A stretch of DNA of 64,000 nucleotides from the human T2T-CHM13v2.0 reference genome, Homo sapiens. The DNA is taken from the NCBI RefSeq assembly GCF_009914755.1, contig NC_060939.1; one strand, 5' to 3'. The position numbers were made by a program, and so were the translations under genes. The notes under the pieces were generated by a model. The model had not been told where the DNA came from and ran no database searches. It saw only the letters and a list, made by a program, of their open reading frames with translations. Below are positions 60,850-64,000 of this stretch, piece after piece. Position 1 is the stretch's first letter, and every line of letters starts with the position of its first letter.

Positions 60850-62050
60850 AGTCTTTAGATGGGATCTCCCTCCAAAGAAATTGTAGTTTTCTTCTGGCTT
60901 AGAGGTAGATCCTCTTGGTCCAATCAGGCTGAAATGCCTTGAGGCTAGATTTCAGTTTTTGTGGCAGCTGGTGCATTTCTAGTTTGCCTTTTCAGCTAGG
61001 GATTAGCTTTTTAGGGGTCTCAATGCCTAGGGAGATTTCTAGGTCCTCTGTTCCTTGTTGAACTCCAATTTTGTCTATCCTTTTGCTGAGAGGTCTGCTT
61101 AACTTCCTTTTAGTCGGGTAGCTCCATTTTATGCTAAGCTTCTTAGTTGCTCACCTTCTGCAACTAAAGAATCAGAAAATGCTGTGAAGGAAAAACAAAA
61201 CGAAATTGCATTGTTTCTACCGGCCCTTTATCAAGCCCTGGCCACCATGATAGTCATGAATTCCAATTGTTGTCTATGCAGGCCTACCAGATTTCTAACA
61301 TCTCTGAGCTACCATTTTCTTCTTAGCTATCTGCTCAGCAAATGCATCCAAATGAAAGGTTGTGGAGAATGTTGAAATCACTTCAATGTGTTTCTCTTCT
61401 TTCTGGGAGCTTAGACACTCAAGTTCTGGATGCTTTGATTGCTATCGGAAGCCCTTAAATAGCTACTTATTTTTAATTAATTTTATCCAGCTTTCATAAT
61501 TGTTCTTGCCAGGTGGGATGGCCTGATACAAATTAACTTGTCATAGCTAGAATTAGAAGTGGAAAACTTTAAATAGCATTGAGTTATCAGTACTTTCATG
61601 TCTTGGTACATTTCTTCTTGAAAATGTTCATGCCTGCTGATTTGTCTGTTTATTGAGAGGAGAATGTTCAGAATTTTATATCTTCAACATCTTTTTCTGC
61701 ATTAATAAGATACTGAGATTTTATAACTCTTGTAGTCATTTTGGTCACTTATATCTTCATATGGAAAAAGTCATATAATCCAGGGTTTCCAATATATTTG
61801 TGTAAAATTAAGAAAATGATCTTATCTAATTACTTGATCAATATCTGTGATTATATTTTGTTGCCTTCCAATTTTAATATTTGTTCTCTATTCCTTCTTT
61901 ATCTGGATTGAGGTTCTGATTAATTATTTTAATGTTGTGAATTGTTTTCACTTTTTCCATAAAGTGAGTTCTTGAGTTTATTTCTTTACTGCATCATTCT
62001 ATTTTCAAGTCATGAACTTCTGCTTCAATTAAAAAAAAAACCTCACCATT
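60850..62050 (-). mobile_element. Probable very old L1M 5' UTR/ORF1 remnant
   Basis: T-rich + strand; repeated unit GAACTCCAATTTTGTCTAT (61060) and GAATTCCAATTGTTGTCTAT (61258), as in old L1M 5' ends. Confidence 0.4.
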
Positions 62051-62897
62051 TCTATGAAATTGTTTTGTTCATATTTTATTTTATTTACTGTATAATTCAG
62101 TATGGAATATATAATATTATAAAATATGTAATAATAATAGGATAAAAAATAAGATATAAAAAGTAAGGGGTGTCAGTTTAGAAAATTATACTTGCTGATA
62201 CGGTGAAGTAACTCTGACCAAACTAACCTTCCAGCAATAAAAACAAAATTGGAAAACTGGATAAAATATACATGGTAACGTATGTTAGGTCAGCTTTGTC
62301 TGTCTTCAAACAACTATAAATATTGTTCTACCCTTGTTATTTATTCTTTTTCATTTTGTTTTGCTCAATTTTTTTCTTATACACCATTTATTTGAGTAAG
62401 TTTTGAAAATATCTGTTCTTCATTTTTGCTGTTTCTAGTGTGGTATATATTTCTCAGATAAAATATATTTATTTTCTCTTTTATCTTTTACTAAACTCAC
62501 ACTACATATATTTCATTTATCTTATATCTGCTTTAAAACCTATTTATGTCTTTTTAGGTCACTTACATCAGAGGAGTTGTATTGGTGAGGGTAGGGGAGT
62601 TTGATTTAATGAAACTGCATTAAAAATTTGTATTCACTTTGTGACTCAATGATAGTCAATGTGGCATGTAATTTTTTTCTGTCTTTTAATGTTATATTGT
62701 CTTTGTTGCTTTTCTCTAACATCAAATATATGTTACACAGGCACAGTGCTGGTATCTTTTCTTTTATTATCTTTGAATGGGACTCATTATTGTCTGAGCT
62801 ATTTATTAAAATGGTGAAGGAAAAGATCAGTAAAGTAAATTATGTCAATAGGCAGTATCAATTTAGATCTGTTTTCCAAGAATATTTTCTTAGCAAC

Positions 62898-63657
62898 TGT
62901 GGTGTTATGATATATATTGGTTTTCATCCACAGTTCCTGGCTTATAACTCCCCTAGCCCTTGTACAGTCTTTTGTTATAATATTGGGTGTGTTAGGCCTT
63001 AGGATCAGGCCTCTCACCTTCCCATGGCCTTTTTTCATTTTTATGTTCCTGCCTTTCTGGTTGTGGGTCTTAAGACCATCTCAGGAGAGAGTCCCACCCT
63101 ATACCCTGGAGGGAGGAATGCTGATATCATGAAACTTCCATGAAAATCCAGGAGGACAGTGTTCAGTGAGCTTCTGGATAGCTGAACACATGGATGTTCC
63201 TGGATGGTGGCCCTCCCAGGGATGGCATGGAAGCTCTGCTCCCTTCCTCCATGCATTGCTCTAAGTGTCTCTTCGTCTATATCCTTTGCAATATCCTTTA
63301 TAATACACTCAGTGTTTCCCTGAGTTCTGTGAGCCACTCCAACAAATTAATCAAACCCAAAGAGGGGGTCATGAGAACCCAACTTGAAGCCAGTAGGTCA
63401 GAAGTTCAGAGGCCTGGACTTGTGGCTGGTAGGTTGAGGGTGGGCAGTCTTGGGGACTGACCTGTGAGATGTGACACTACCTCCAGGTAGACAGTGTAGT
63501 GTCCGAACTGAATTAGAGGCCACTCAGCTGGTGTCTGCTCCTTGGTGTATGTATGGAGGAAAAAACCTGCACATTTGGTCACAGAAGTCTTCTGTGTTGC
63601 TGATTGATCTTTGTGGTGTGAGACTAGAGGAAAAACACAGAGAGTTTTCTCTACACA
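62898..63657 (+). mobile_element. MER21A-like solo LTR
   Basis: TGTGGTGTTATGATATATATTGGTTTTC...GTTTCCCTGAGTTCTGTGAGCCACTC...CTACACA; perfect TSD GCAAC (62893-62897, 63658-63662). Confidence 0.85.
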
Positions 63658-64000
63658 GCAACTATATAATCTGTGGGAACATCTCTTTTTACACCTAGCC
63701 CTACATCTGTCTGGCTACAGTCATTTATCTGGCCTTGGGAAATGTGACCACAGAATCAGATATACACATGAGATTAAATAATACACGTGTATGTCATTTA
63801 AATATCCAGAAAAATTATGACTTCACCAGGTATGAAGAATATAAAAAGAACTCTGTCAAGAGTCATACAGTAAATAGATTTTTGAATTTAATCTAGTACC
63901 TAAACAATCAGAGTAGGGAGGTTAGATATTAAAATCAGGCTAAAGAAATAGGCAACATGGATCTAGAAAACATGGATTGCATGGCCATCTCGCTTAGAGT

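Overview
AT-rich primate (human-like) non-coding genomic DNA, dominated by interspersed repeats. I see no protein-coding gene, RNA gene, CpG island or CRISPR array. Every ORF I could recognise is L1-, Alu- or ERV-derived, and the rest look like chance ORFs. Positions 1-16.3 kb are a stack of nested LINE-1 elements with Alu and MaLR insertions. The remainder is a mosaic of old L1M/L2/L3/MIR fragments, LTRs (MER4, MER57 plus internal region, THE1/MST, MLT1, MER21, an ancient ERV-L remnant with integrase), DNA-transposon fossils and a few repeat-free islands. I found no new gene system. The most informative signals are repair and retrotransposition scars: (i) a 30-bp copy of sequence 3.16 kb downstream filling a deletion junction inside a nested MER4/MER57 retroviral structure; (ii) a twin-primed young L1 whose sense arm is reduced to its last few bases plus poly(A); (iii) an isolated 87-bp young internal L1 patch with no tail or TSD. 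From memory, the last ~3 kb closely resembles the first sequenced bases of GRCh37 chr21, suggesting a segmental duplication. All subfamily names are from recall of consensus sequences, not from a RepeatMasker run.
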